From IMG/VR virus record IMGVR_UViG_3300008111_000002, positions 1 to 64,000 of that record: a stretch of DNA of 64,000 bases, one strand, 5' to 3'. Of the stretch, positions 11,404 through 20,154 are shown piece by piece (positions within the stretch are counted from its first letter, which is position 1; each line of letters starts with the position of its first letter). The notes under the pieces are model-generated. The model was given only the letters and a program-made list of their open reading frames with translations. It searched no databases and was not told the DNA's origin. A program made the position numbers and the translations under genes.

Positions 11404-11854
11404 CAGCGAAAACGATTTAATCGAAGGTGTTTTAAAATTTGGGCCTGACATTTTAGAACATTGTCTTTGTTCTGACGATTTGATACAATATGTAGATCGA
11501 ATTCGTGAAGAACATTTAAACTATCCAATCCCCCCATCTAGCATTAATCCATTAAATTGGTTTATACCAGAAGAATATCGAACAATGGATATTGAAGAAT
11601 ACCTAATAAATCATTGTCCTGAACAAAATTATGATAGAGTAGTTCAAGAATTGGATCTGTATCGTAAAAATAATTTGATTATACTTCTAAAAACTATGAA
11701 ATATATAGTAGATATTCTTAGAGCCAATAACATAGTTTGGGGAGTAGGACGAGGTAGTAGTGTAGCTAGTTATGTGCTCTATTTGATAGGGGTACACAAG
11801 GTAGACAGTGTTAAATACAACCTGCCAATAGAAGAATTCTTCAAGGAGATATAA
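11387..11854 (+). CDS. Stand-alone fragment of DNA polymerase III alpha (DnaE) palm/NTPase region
   Basis: IVWGVGRGSSVASYVLYLIGVHKVDSVKYNLPIEEF matches the DnaE GPGRGSxAGSLVAYxLxITxxDP motif. The ORF ends before the catalytic PDxDxD. Confidence 0.8.
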   Translation: MLKTVNSENDLIEGVLKFGPDILEHCLCSDDLIQYVDRIREEHLNYPIPPSSINPLNWFIPEEYRTMDIEEYLINHCPEQNYDRVVQELDLYRKNNLIILLKTMKYIVDILRANNIVWGVGRGSSVASYVLYLIGVHKVDSVKYNLPIEEFFKEI

Positions 11855-11855
11855 A

Positions 11856-12083
11856 ATGGGTAAAACATATACAAGTATGCAAGGAAAAGAAGTTGACATG
11901 GAAAAATTGTCAATTCGCAACGAATTAACTCCTGCTGTAGGAAATATGAAGGTTAATGCTCGAGGTGACGAGCTTGGATCAAATGGAGAGATTGTTAGAA
12001 CAAGAGAACAGATTCTACAAGACTATTACAAAGAAAATCCGAGAGCAGTTTCAGAAGAAGTAATGAAGCGTCAGAAAGGTTAA
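11856..12083 (+). CDS. Hypothetical protein
   Basis: ORF with GGAG RBS, tightly packed with neighbours. Confidence 0.65.
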   Translation: MGKTYTSMQGKEVDMEKLSIRNELTPAVGNMKVNARGDELGSNGEIVRTREQILQDYYKENPRAVSEEVMKRQKG

Positions 12084-12084
12084 T

Positions 12085-12477
12085 ATGGGTAAAGTTATAG
12101 GAAAATTACGTCCTCTTAGAGATAAGATTATTGTTCACAATATGCATTTTGGTGAACAACGTAGTTCTGGAGGAATTGTTATTTTAGGTGATGACGGTAA
12201 AGATCGTGGTATCTATCCTCGTTGGGGACAGGTATATGCAGTTGGTCCGGATCACAACGAAGAATTTACAGTCGGAGATTGGGTCTTAGTTGAACATGGT
12301 CGGTGGACCAGAGGTATAGAATATACCGAGGACGTTGAACAAGAACCCAAAACTATTAGAATGGTTGACAATAACTGCATACTTATGTGGGCCAACGAAA
12401 AACCAGAAGCAGTTAATATTGCCAAAGGTGTAGATGTACCACAAGCAGTAGATGCTTATAGATTGGAAAACAAATGA
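12085..12477 (+). CDS. groES: GroES/Cpn10-like co-chaperonin
   Basis: LRPLRDKIIV...SSGGIVI...GQVYAVGP...VGDWVL pattern of Cpn10. Confidence 0.8.
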   Translation: MGKVIGKLRPLRDKIIVHNMHFGEQRSSGGIVILGDDGKDRGIYPRWGQVYAVGPDHNEEFTVGDWVLVEHGRWTRGIEYTEDVEQEPKTIRMVDNNCILMWANEKPEAVNIAKGVDVPQAVDAYRLENK

Positions 12478-12845
12478 CAAACCCTTTTAAAGACCAGCAA
12501 GACTTTATGACCGCCTGCGGACAAACTTCAGTAGGCTTTCATGAAGATCAATTTAGAATGTATCTTAATTTAATTGTTGAAGAAGCTAAAGAGCTTTCAG
12601 AAGCATTAGAAAAAGATGATAAAGTAGAAATGGTAGATGCATTAACTGATATTCTAGTAGTTACTATTGGTGCAATGCACAGTGCTGGATTTGATCCAGA
12701 AGGTGCGTGGAATGAAGTTATGCGTACCAATTTTGCAAAAATAGATCCAGAAACAGGCATGGTTCGTAAGCGTGAAGATGGAAAAATCTTAAAACCAGAA
12801 GGTTGGACGCCCCCGGATTTGACAAAGTTTTTAACAAAAGAATAA
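12474..12845 (+). CDS. MazG-like / PRA-PH all-alpha NTP pyrophosphohydrolase
   Basis: LIVEEAKEL...EMVDALTDILVV...EVMRTNFAK...REDGKILKPEGW motifs. Confidence 0.8.
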   Translation: MTNPFKDQQDFMTACGQTSVGFHEDQFRMYLNLIVEEAKELSEALEKDDKVEMVDALTDILVVTIGAMHSAGFDPEGAWNEVMRTNFAKIDPETGMVRKREDGKILKPEGWTPPDLTKFLTKE

Positions 12846-12868
12846 TGGGCTTGACAGGCCCATTTTTT
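12844..12868 (+). terminator. Intrinsic terminator with TTGACA in its loop
   Basis: AATGGGC-ttgacag-GCCCATT followed by a T-run. Confidence 0.7.
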
Positions 12869-12879
12869 AACTGTAAAAT
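12851..12879 (+). promoter_or_regulatory. Sigma70-type promoter TTGACA-N17-TAAAAT
   Basis: Near-consensus hexamers with a 17-nt spacer, 6 nt upstream of the ORF at 12886. Confidence 0.75.
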
Positions 12880-12885
12880 AAACAC

Positions 12886-13125
12886 ATGTATCTAAAGAAA
12901 AAAGACTGGGATATAAACGAACTAGTGCGTCAAATATCAACCATTACTCGTGAGTGTACCAGTCCCTACAACGAAGGTTTTACTGCATGGGGTCTTAAAC
13001 AAGATCTATACACATTAAAATTTCATTTAGACGAATGTTTAAAAAATTGTCCTGAGTTTGCTGACGAAAAACAATGGCTTGACGAACAAGAAAAGAAAAA
13101 ACTAATAAAGATTTTAAAAGAATGA
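12886..13125 (+). CDS. Hypothetical protein
   Basis: ORF directly after the promoter; overlaps the next gene (ATGA). Confidence 0.6.
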   Translation: MYLKKKDWDINELVRQISTITRECTSPYNEGFTAWGLKQDLYTLKFHLDECLKNCPEFADEKQWLDEQEKKKLIKILKE

Positions 13126-13913
13126 AAGTTGGTATTATTGGTTTTGGATATGTTGGACAGGCAATTGCATGGGCACATCACAACTGTGACGAACTAGTCA
13201 TAAGAGATCCAAAGCTCAACGACTCTGCAGGACTTGATAAATTTGTAGACTGTGACGCAATATTTGTTTGTGTGCCAAGTCCGTCGACAGAAGATGGGCA
13301 TTGTGATACCAGTATATTAGAACAGACTTTAAAAGAATTATTGTTTGTTAATATTGCCAACTCAATTCCTATAATTTGTAAAACAACTGCTCCCCCTAGT
13401 GTTTATAAAAAGTTATTAAAACAATATCCAAACATTGTTCATTGTCCAGAATTTCTAACAGCCGCTAACAATACCATTGATTATATGAACAGTATGTATT
13501 TTGTTCTTGGCGGACACACCGAATGGATATGGCGAGCTAAAGATGTTATTCAGCGAGGAGTAAAACTTACTGACGGAAATTTTATAGGTGTAGATATTGC
13601 TGCTGCGGCCTTATACAAATATATGATGAATTGTTACCTAGCAACTAAAGTAACACTAATGAATGATTTTAAAGCATTAGCAGATGCAGAGGATGTAAAT
13701 TGGGAATCAATTAAACAACTATCTTCACACGATCTAAGATTTGGAACGACACATATGGATGTTCCCGGACCGGATGGTCACTATGGTTGGGGAGGTGGTT
13801 GTTTTCCCAAGGACGTGGCTGCTATAATAATGGAAGCTATAGATAAGAACCTCAACTTTGAATTGATGCAGAGAGTTGAAACGATTAATAAAAAACACAG
13901 AGGACTAGCATGA
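13122..13913 (+). CDS. ugd: UDP-glucose/GDP-mannose 6-dehydrogenase family protein (short form)
   Basis: GIIGFGYVG Rossmann motif, FVCVPSP, KTTAPP, HCPEFL, GWGGGCFPKD catalytic Cys motif. At 263 aa it lacks the usual C-terminal domain. Confidence 0.8.
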   Translation: MKVGIIGFGYVGQAIAWAHHNCDELVIRDPKLNDSAGLDKFVDCDAIFVCVPSPSTEDGHCDTSILEQTLKELLFVNIANSIPIICKTTAPPSVYKKLLKQYPNIVHCPEFLTAANNTIDYMNSMYFVLGGHTEWIWRAKDVIQRGVKLTDGNFIGVDIAAAALYKYMMNCYLATKVTLMNDFKALADAEDVNWESIKQLSSHDLRFGTTHMDVPGPDGHYGWGGGCFPKDVAAIIMEAIDKNLNFELMQRVETINKKHRGLA

Positions 13914-14059
13914 ACAACTATTCAGAACTTGTGGTGTCATTACATGAAATTGCCAGAGCCGTTGAAGCACGTTTTGGATCTTGTCAAATTAGTCAAGACA
14001 TTAGAGATTGTGCAGATAGACTGCACGAGCTCGGAGAACCATTAAAGGTAAAAGAATGA
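13910..14059 (+). CDS. Small hypothetical protein (49 aa, below the ORF-track cut-off)
   Basis: MNNYSELVVSLHEIARAVEARFGSCQISQDIRDCADRLHELGEPLKVKE; ATGA overlaps with both neighbours. Confidence 0.6.
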   Translation: MNNYSELVVSLHEIARAVEARFGSCQISQDIRDCADRLHELGEPLKVKE

Positions 14060-14973
14060 AAGAACTATGGGTAGAAAAATATCGTCCTAATAAGCTAGAC
14101 GAATATGTATGGCGCGATGACAGTCAACGTAAGCAGGTAGAATCTTGGGTTAACGATCGAAGTATTCCTCACTTGTTGTTGAGCGGAGTTCCTGGCATTG
14201 GTAAAACTACAATGGCCAAGATGCTGATTAATGAAATTGGCATTGAAGGTGCAGATGTCATTGAGGTTAACGCCAGCCGCGAAACAGGCATTGATTTTAT
14301 TAGGGATACAATTGTTCCTTTTATCAGTTCTATTCCATGGGGTCCATTTAAGGTTGTATTACTAGACGAAGCGGATCGTCTTAGTCCACAAGGTCAAGAT
14401 TCTCTCAAAGGTATTATTGAAGAATACAGCAACTTTGCTCGTTTTATTTTAACCTGTAACAGTCCTAACAGAGTTGTTCCTGCACTGCACAGTCGTTGTC
14501 AACAGTTTCACTTTACTAAATTAGATCAAACTGAATTTACTGCTCGTGCAGCTACTATTCTATTGTCAGAAAATATTGACTTTGATATTGAAACACTAGA
14601 GGCATATGTATCCACAACATATCCAGACATGCGTAAGTGTATCAATTTACTGCAACAAAATTGTAGAGACAATAAACTAAATGCAGTTACTAAAGAAGAT
14701 GCAGGAAATCTTGAGTGGAAATTTCAAATGGTTGAACTATTCAAGGCTAATAAAATTACAGAAGCTCGTAAATTAGTATGTGGAAAATTACAAGCGGAAG
14801 AAATAGAAGAAGTGTATCGTTGGCTATATGACAATATACATTTGTTTAGCGATGACCTAACTAAACAAGAAACCGCTATCCTAACAATTAAACAAGGATT
14901 AGTTGATCATCCTATGGTTAGTGATCCAGAAATTAATCTAGCAGCAACTATGATTAGACTGTCAAGGATCTAA
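14056..14973 (+). CDS. Clamp loader AAA+ subunit (T4 gp44 / RFC small subunit)
   Basis: LWVEKYRP, Walker A GVPGIGKT, NASRETG, Walker B VVLLDEAD, LHSRC. Confidence 0.92.
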   Translation: MKELWVEKYRPNKLDEYVWRDDSQRKQVESWVNDRSIPHLLLSGVPGIGKTTMAKMLINEIGIEGADVIEVNASRETGIDFIRDTIVPFISSIPWGPFKVVLLDEADRLSPQGQDSLKGIIEEYSNFARFILTCNSPNRVVPALHSRCQQFHFTKLDQTEFTARAATILLSENIDFDIETLEAYVSTTYPDMRKCINLLQQNCRDNKLNAVTKEDAGNLEWKFQMVELFKANKITEARKLVCGKLQAEEIEEVYRWLYDNIHLFSDDLTKQETAILTIKQGLVDHPMVSDPEINLAATMIRLSRI

Positions 14974-14974
14974 T

Positions 14975-15211
14975 ATGAGTGCTAGATATATGATTGTAAC
15001 CTATATCCAAACACCTAAAGGCAAGTGGGACGAGATTACAGAATTTAAAAACAGTTTAAAAACTAAACATTATCAAACCGCAAAGGTAATACTTGACCTT
15101 TACAATAAAAAGGTTGTAATGAATAGCCTGAACAAAGAAGCCGGTTTCGACGATCTTCTTGAAATGTACAAGCGATTATTGGGGGATCAATTGACCCCCC
15201 ACTTACCTTAA
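14975..15211 (+). CDS. Hypothetical protein
   Basis: Its TAA shares a palindromic TTAA (15208-15211) with the convergent phoH stop. Confidence 0.6.
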   Translation: MSARYMIVTYIQTPKGKWDEITEFKNSLKTKHYQTAKVILDLYNKKVVMNSLNKEAGFDDLLEMYKRLLGDQLTPHLP

Positions 15212-15948
15212 GAGTCTCCGTAAATCGCTAGTATCTCCTTAACCGCCTCATGGCGTTCTACATCTTTAGCAGTAAACTGACAGATGTCAACGTATCTGTG
15301 ATTTTCAAAGTTATTATATAACTGTAAGAATTCTAGCAGACCGTTATTTGTTGGTCTATCAGCTTGATTCAAATCTCCAGTGACTATCATCCTAGAGTCT
15401 TGACCCAACCTAGTTAGCAGCATTTTCATTTGACTAGGTGTGGCATTTTGCATTTCGTCCGCAATAATAACTGCGTTTTTGAATGTACGTCCTCTCATGT
15501 ACGCTAGTGGACTAATTTCAATCACCCCCTCTTTAATAAAGTTTTCAATTTCTTTAGCGTAGTAGTATTCTTCAAATACATCCATTAATGGCCTTGTCCA
15601 GGGCTCCATTTTTTGTTGAAGTGTTCCTGGCAAAAAGCCATGCTGCTCATCTACACTAACAGCTGGTCTAGTAACGACAATTTTGTCAATCTGTTGTTCT
15701 TGTAACAGCTTTACCGCCCACTGACACGCAATCATAGTTTTACCCGTACCGGCAGGACCTATAGCAAAAAGTATGTGCTTTTTTGCGTCCTGTAGTTTTA
15801 GTAGGTAGTTTTCTTGATTGAGGTTTTTGGGATAAATTAGAACTCTGTTCTTCTTTTTTGGTAGATACTTGTTAATTTGTATAACGTTATCAACTTCATG
15901 TGCAAAATCCAGCTTTTTGTTAGCTGCTGCTTTTCTTTGTTTTCTCAA
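15208..15948 (-). CDS. phoH: PhoH-like ATPase
   Basis: GPAGTGKT, TRPAV, LGFLPG-like HGFLPG, AYMRGRTF, IADEMQN, GDLNQAD. The probable start is TTG at 15948, after GGAGG. Confidence 0.93.
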   Translation of the reverse strand: MRKQRKAAANKKLDFAHEVDNVIQINKYLPKKKNRVLIYPKNLNQENYLLKLQDAKKHILFAIGPAGTGKTMIACQWAVKLLQEQQIDKIVVTRPAVSVDEQHGFLPGTLQQKMEPWTRPLMDVFEEYYYAKEIENFIKEGVIEISPLAYMRGRTFKNAVIIADEMQNATPSQMKMLLTRLGQDSRMIVTGDLNQADRPTNNGLLEFLQLYNNFENHRYVDICQFTAKDVERHEAVKEILAIYGDS

Positions 15949-16018
15949 AGGATAGCCTCCTATTTTATGCGTTAGGCACGGACCTTTCAACCGTTGTGTC
16001 CGTGTCCGAACACATTTG

Positions 16019-16076
16019 TATTTACGATTTTGGCAAAAAAATAATAAGTTAAGTTAATTTTTTGAAGCGATAAATA
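16019..16076. promoter_or_regulatory. Back-to-back T4-late-like promoters (GTAAATA on minus at 16019-16025; GATAAATA on plus at 16069-16076)
   Basis: Both sit in the divergent intergenic gap and match the TAAATA motif found before many structural genes. Confidence 0.6.
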
Positions 16077-16091
16077 CATTGGGAGATTTCT

Positions 16092-16625
16092 ATGTTAGAT
16101 ATTAAAGACGTTATCCGCAATATTGAAACAATTTACGGCTCAAATAGCAGCCTTAAAATGCTTAAAGATTTCGAGCGGGTAGTTGACGAATTAGATTGTT
16201 ACGTTTACGAAAACTGGATTGACGGAGAACTTGTACAAGGACCTGTAGAATCAAGATATTGGGTAGCATGTAAATTCATGTGGCCCTACAAAAAAATGCC
16301 CAATCCAATTGCTGCTAAACGATTAATTGATTACGGATGTAAAGTTTCTTATAGCGAAGAGCTAATTTCAAAAGTACGAAAAATTAGAACTCCTGACGAT
16401 ATTCGTCCGGGAACTAAAAAAGGTAAAATTGATCATATATCTGTTTGGATAGTAGAAATTGCTATGCCTAAAAAATTAATGCACGATATTGATCAAGGTT
16501 ATAAAGAGTTAGATCATAATAAGGTCGAAGATGTACTTGATCAATCAGCAGGAATTAAATTGCAGAACAATATGGCAGATCAACAAGCACAGGAATTTAC
16601 AAATGCTGAAACAGCAACAGCTTAA
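16092..16625 (+). CDS. Conserved-looking phage hypothetical protein
   Basis: Long clean ORF with GGGAG RBS after a late promoter. Confidence 0.7.
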   Translation: MLDIKDVIRNIETIYGSNSSLKMLKDFERVVDELDCYVYENWIDGELVQGPVESRYWVACKFMWPYKKMPNPIAAKRLIDYGCKVSYSEELISKVRKIRTPDDIRPGTKKGKIDHISVWIVEIAMPKKLMHDIDQGYKELDHNKVEDVLDQSAGIKLQNNMADQQAQEFTNAETATA

Positions 16626-17346
16626 CGAAGGACTACGTCCTGGAGATCTACAAGATCTTATCGAACCAACATTTTATGTAGATAAATTTCGATCTAAAAT
16701 GGGAGAAGATCGCGATGTCTGTGTGGTTAGCTTTTTAGTTAAAGATAGACTACCTGCCAGAGACATGATGGAATTTATTGAAAAAGGATATCAGTTTGTT
16801 TTAGACGCCGATGTTAGTAGTGGAGAAGACAACAATGGCGGATACACTGTGTTTGTAGAATTAGAAAGACAGGCCGATCTTCATAAAAATATTAAAGAAA
16901 TTATAGAAGGATTAAAACGTCTAACAAAAATTAATGAATGGAGTTTTAGATATCATAAAAACTTCGAAACTCACGAACTAGGCGAAAATTTAGAAAAAGT
17001 TATTCCTAATAATGCCAACGAATATGACGGATTAATGACTAGGATTAAAACAGAGAGTATTAAAAAGTTTTTTAATAAAACTTTAATGGATGATCTAAAG
17101 TTAAACAGTGACATTATAACTATCTACAAACCTTTTAATCAAAAATTACAGTTTAAATTAGTTGCTCAAGATAGTATTGAAAACATTCTTGAGGGAGCGA
17201 CTTCACAAATACAAGTAGACGACAAAAGCATGAGTGAGGTATTTTGGCTTACTAAAGTTATTGGAGACTACGGTATCACAAAAATAGGTAATCAGTTCTT
17301 ACTAACAAATAAGAACGAATCATTAATGGTGGAGAGACTAATATGA
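16603..17346 (+). CDS. Hypothetical protein
   Basis: Probable start is ATG 16603 (MLKQQQLNEG...); couples to the endolysin gene by an ATGA overlap. Confidence 0.65.
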   Translation: MLKQQQLNEGLRPGDLQDLIEPTFYVDKFRSKMGEDRDVCVVSFLVKDRLPARDMMEFIEKGYQFVLDADVSSGEDNNGGYTVFVELERQADLHKNIKEIIEGLKRLTKINEWSFRYHKNFETHELGENLEKVIPNNANEYDGLMTRIKTESIKKFFNKTLMDDLKLNSDIITIYKPFNQKLQFKLVAQDSIENILEGATSQIQVDDKSMSEVFWLTKVIGDYGITKIGNQFLLTNKNESLMVERLI

Positions 17347-17972
17347 GTTTTACATTTGAATTTACAAAAGCACAACTAGGACAAATTATTCCTAAAAATC
17401 CGTACTTAAATAATTGGTACGAAGCACTACATGAAATTTTACCGGAATATGAAATTAACACTCCCAAACGTGTAGCGGCGTTTATTGCACAATGCGCACA
17501 CGAGTCTGGAAATTTCTTATTCCTAAAAGAAAATTTAAACTACAAAGCAGAAAGCCTAGTAAAGGTATTTCCAAAATACTTTCCTAGCATGGATATTGCA
17601 CAGCAATATGCTAAAAAACCAGAAAAAATTGCCAACAGAGTTTATGCAAGTCGTATGGGCAACGGTGACGAATCCAGCGGCGACGGTTGGAAGTTTTGTG
17701 GTCGTGGATTAATTCAATTAACTGGTAAAAATAATTACACATTTTTTGCTGCCAGTATTGGAGTGGATCTAAACGAAGCAGCAGAATATCTACAGACATT
17801 TGAAGGTGCTGTTCAGTCAGCATGTTTCTTTTGGGAAAATACAAAATTAAATAAAGAAGCAGATGAAGGTGATATCAAGACCATGACTAAAAAAATCAAT
17901 GGTGGATTTATTGGTCTAGACGATCGTATCAAACACTATGAACATGCCCTGCATGTATTTGGAGCTCACTAA
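17343..17972 (+). CDS. Glycoside hydrolase family 19 endolysin
   Basis: AAFIAQCAHESG, GDGWKFCGRGLIQLTGKNNY, INGGFIGLDDR motifs. Confidence 0.92.
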   Translation: MSFTFEFTKAQLGQIIPKNPYLNNWYEALHEILPEYEINTPKRVAAFIAQCAHESGNFLFLKENLNYKAESLVKVFPKYFPSMDIAQQYAKKPEKIANRVYASRMGNGDESSGDGWKFCGRGLIQLTGKNNYTFFAASIGVDLNEAAEYLQTFEGAVQSACFFWENTKLNKEADEGDIKTMTKKINGGFIGLDDRIKHYEHALHVFGAH

Positions 17973-17974
17973 CA

Positions 17975-18439
17975 ATGTGGCAATTTCAATGGTTTCTTAG
18001 TCTTATTCCAGATGGTATCTTTATTTGGATTACTTATGGGTTAATTGCTGCTGGATTTGGATTATACATAACCAGCAAATTAGTAAGCTGGATACCATTG
18101 ATGAGTCAATATAGGTTACCAGTTGAACTAATTGGCGTTGCCGTGTTAGTAGTGGGTTTTTATTTGTTTGGTGGTTACGGTGTTGAAATGAGTTGGCGAG
18201 ATAAAGTTCGCCAACTTGAAGAACAAATTAAGGCAGCTGAAGAAAAGAGTGCTCAAGTCAATACCGTTATAAAAGAAAAGATTGTATACAAAACTAAAGT
18301 CATTAAAGAAAAAGAAGTTCAATATATTGACAGAATTAAAGAAGTAGAAAAAGTAATCGATGCAAAATGCGAAGTTGATCCTGCTGCCATTGATATACTC
18401 AATCAAGCTGCTGAAGATCCTACCAAGGAGACAAAATGA
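17975..18439 (+). CDS. Putative i-spanin (Rz-like)
   Basis: N-terminal TM helices, then a coiled coil and a C-terminal Cys; follows the endolysin and overlaps a lipoprotein gene. Confidence 0.65.
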   Translation: MWQFQWFLSLIPDGIFIWITYGLIAAGFGLYITSKLVSWIPLMSQYRLPVELIGVAVLVVGFYLFGGYGVEMSWRDKVRQLEEQIKAAEEKSAQVNTVIKEKIVYKTKVIKEKEVQYIDRIKEVEKVIDAKCEVDPAAIDILNQAAEDPTKETK

Positions 18440-18699
18440 AATATTTGTTAATTCCGTTGGTATTGCTTGCAGGTTGTTCTACTACAGTTCCAGTAAAAAT
18501 GAAATTTCCCGATATTCCTCCAGAACTTGCAGAAACATGTCCTGCGTTAGAAAAAACTCCAGAAGGAACAACTCAATTAAGCAAAACTTTAGAAGTTGTG
18601 GTAAAAAATTATAGCAAGTACCATCAATGCAAGACTAAGGTTGATGCCTGGAATGAATGGTATCAAGAAAATAAAAAGATTTACGATAGTATTAAATAA
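18436..18699 (+). CDS. Putative o-spanin (Rz1-like lipoprotein)
   Basis: Lipobox LLAGC, Pro-rich segment (FPDIPPEL..CP), further Cys. Confidence 0.75.
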   Translation: MKYLLIPLVLLAGCSTTVPVKMKFPDIPPELAETCPALEKTPEGTTQLSKTLEVVVKNYSKYHQCKTKVDAWNEWYQENKKIYDSIK

Positions 18700-18710
18700 T
18701 AGGAAAATTT

Positions 18711-18944
18711 ATGAACTGGGTTAATAGTATGCTGTCTGATAGTATTAATAAAAGCATAAGCAGCAAACGTGTTGTTACATTCCTAGCATTTTTGATGTGT
18801 TCGGCAGCATTTATTGGGGATCTGTTTTATAACTTAGATGTAAAAGATAGCACATACGAGGGAATGATGTACATCGTAATTGCTGGACTAGGTTTTACAG
18901 CATCTGAAAAATTTTCCAAACAAAAAGACAATAATAGTGAGTAA
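18711..18944 (+). CDS. Small 2-TM protein, holin-like
   Basis: SSKRVVTFLAF...; two hydrophobic helices and a charged C-terminus, within the lysis cassette. Confidence 0.5.
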   Translation: MNWVNSMLSDSINKSISSKRVVTFLAFLMCSAAFIGDLFYNLDVKDSTYEGMMYIVIAGLGFTASEKFSKQKDNNSE

Positions 18945-19025
18945 TAGCAGCAGTTAATTCAAGGTTTAATTTTTTAAATTTTTAGTTAAATAACAGTGTA
19001 GTTAATACAACACGGAAGGAGCGAT

Positions 19026-19310
19026 ATGAATAGTGATCTTAAACTATTTAAATGGGTGGTAATTCTTTTAGCACTGCCTTTGAGTTTAGCCATATTCGGT
19101 GGTGATAGTTTCCGCTATCCCTGTCAAGATCCCAAAAACTGGGACAAAGAAATGTGTAAGTTACCCACTTGCGATGTGACCCGTACTTGCCCAGAGCACA
19201 TTTTTAAAGGTCAACGAGATCCTAGACTAGGACCTCCTAAAGATGGAGAATCAGCCCCAACAGCAAAATCAGCAGTTTCAATAGCTCAAGACAATAAAGG
19301 ATGCAGATAA
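19026..19310 (+). CDS. Membrane-anchored Cys-rich periplasmic protein
   Basis: N-terminal hydrophobic helix, then RYPCQDPKNWDKEMCKLPTCDVTRTCP. Confidence 0.6.
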   Translation: MNSDLKLFKWVVILLALPLSLAIFGGDSFRYPCQDPKNWDKEMCKLPTCDVTRTCPEHIFKGQRDPRLGPPKDGESAPTAKSAVSIAQDNKGCR

Positions 19311-19849
19311 TGGAAATTTTACAAAGATTCAAAAAAGAAGATAAAGAAACTGGAGAACACTTTATCTATACAGAAGAGCAATTAATGGCTCGTCTAAAGT
19401 TTTTTATTGGTATTTGTTTAGCACTTACGCTAACAGGTATTGTATTTGTTGTGTTATACAGCATTATTTTTGTAACACAACCATTAAACGCAATTAGCCC
19501 AATCGACCAAAAGTTTTTTGAGTTAATTATTCCTATTGCCACATTCTTAACAGGTACCCTAAGCGGTATCATGTTAGCAGGCAATGACAAGGATCTGAGA
19601 GCTAAGGCTCTTGACGCAGCTAACAAAGCACCCACAGTTAGCCCAGCACCAAGCAGTCCACTTCCGCCCGGCGGAGGTTTTAGTGCAAGTGCAAGCTTTG
19701 GCGGAGCTAGTATGAGTTTAAATAAAGCGGCAGTTCCTGCATTTGGTGCAGCTACAGAAACTTCTGCATTTGGTGCAGCATCAGCAGCACCAGTAATGAG
19801 CAGCACAGGAAAACCTATGCCTGTTCAACCAGAACAACCAGAACTATAA
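19301..19849 (+). CDS. 2-TM membrane protein with Pro/Ala-rich tail
   Basis: Two long hydrophobic segments and a low-complexity C-terminus. Confidence 0.65.
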   Translation: MQIMEILQRFKKEDKETGEHFIYTEEQLMARLKFFIGICLALTLTGIVFVVLYSIIFVTQPLNAISPIDQKFFELIIPIATFLTGTLSGIMLAGNDKDLRAKALDAANKAPTVSPAPSSPLPPGGGFSASASFGGASMSLNKAAVPAFGAATETSAFGAASAAPVMSSTGKPMPVQPEQPEL

Positions 19850-19858
19850 GGAGATAGT

Positions 19859-20080
19859 ATGAAACACTTTTTATTAGCAATTAGTTTAGCATTAGGATTT
19901 TCAACTGCGGTATTAGCAGCAGATGCAGCAAAACCAGAAACTGTAAAAGTTTGCGTTGACGTACAAGGCAAGGATGGTAAACCAGTTATTGATCCAAAAA
20001 CTAAAAAACCAAAACAAGATTGTAAAGAAATTAAAAAGCATAAAAAGCATGAAGGCACAAAAGTTCCAGAAAAAAAATAA
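19859..20080 (+). CDS. Small secreted Lys-rich protein
   Basis: Signal peptide MKHFLLAISLALGFSTAVLA, two Cys, GGAG RBS. Confidence 0.65.
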   Translation: MKHFLLAISLALGFSTAVLAADAAKPETVKVCVDVQGKDGKPVIDPKTKKPKQDCKEIKKHKKHEGTKVPEKK

Positions 20081-20105
20081 TTTCATCTTAGTAGTTTAAT
20101 TAAAT

Positions 20106-20131
20106 AAAAGGACTGTTGACGCAGTCCTTTT
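20106..20131 (+). terminator. Intrinsic terminator with TTGACG as its loop
   Basis: AAAAGGACTG-ttgacg-CAGTCCTTTT, a perfect 10-bp inverted repeat. Confidence 0.75.
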
Positions 20132-20145
20132 ATCTTTTGTATAAT
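20116..20145 (+). promoter_or_regulatory. Sigma70-type promoter TTGACG-N18-TATAAT
   Basis: Directly upstream of dnaJ (ATG at 20155). Confidence 0.7.
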
Positions 20146-20154
20146 ATTAAAACT

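Noticed and set aside
19737-19779. 16-bp direct repeat CTGCATTTGGTGCAGC encoding AFGAA twice
   Set aside because: A short in-frame duplication in a low-complexity Pro/Ala tail, with no sign of regulatory or mobile function.
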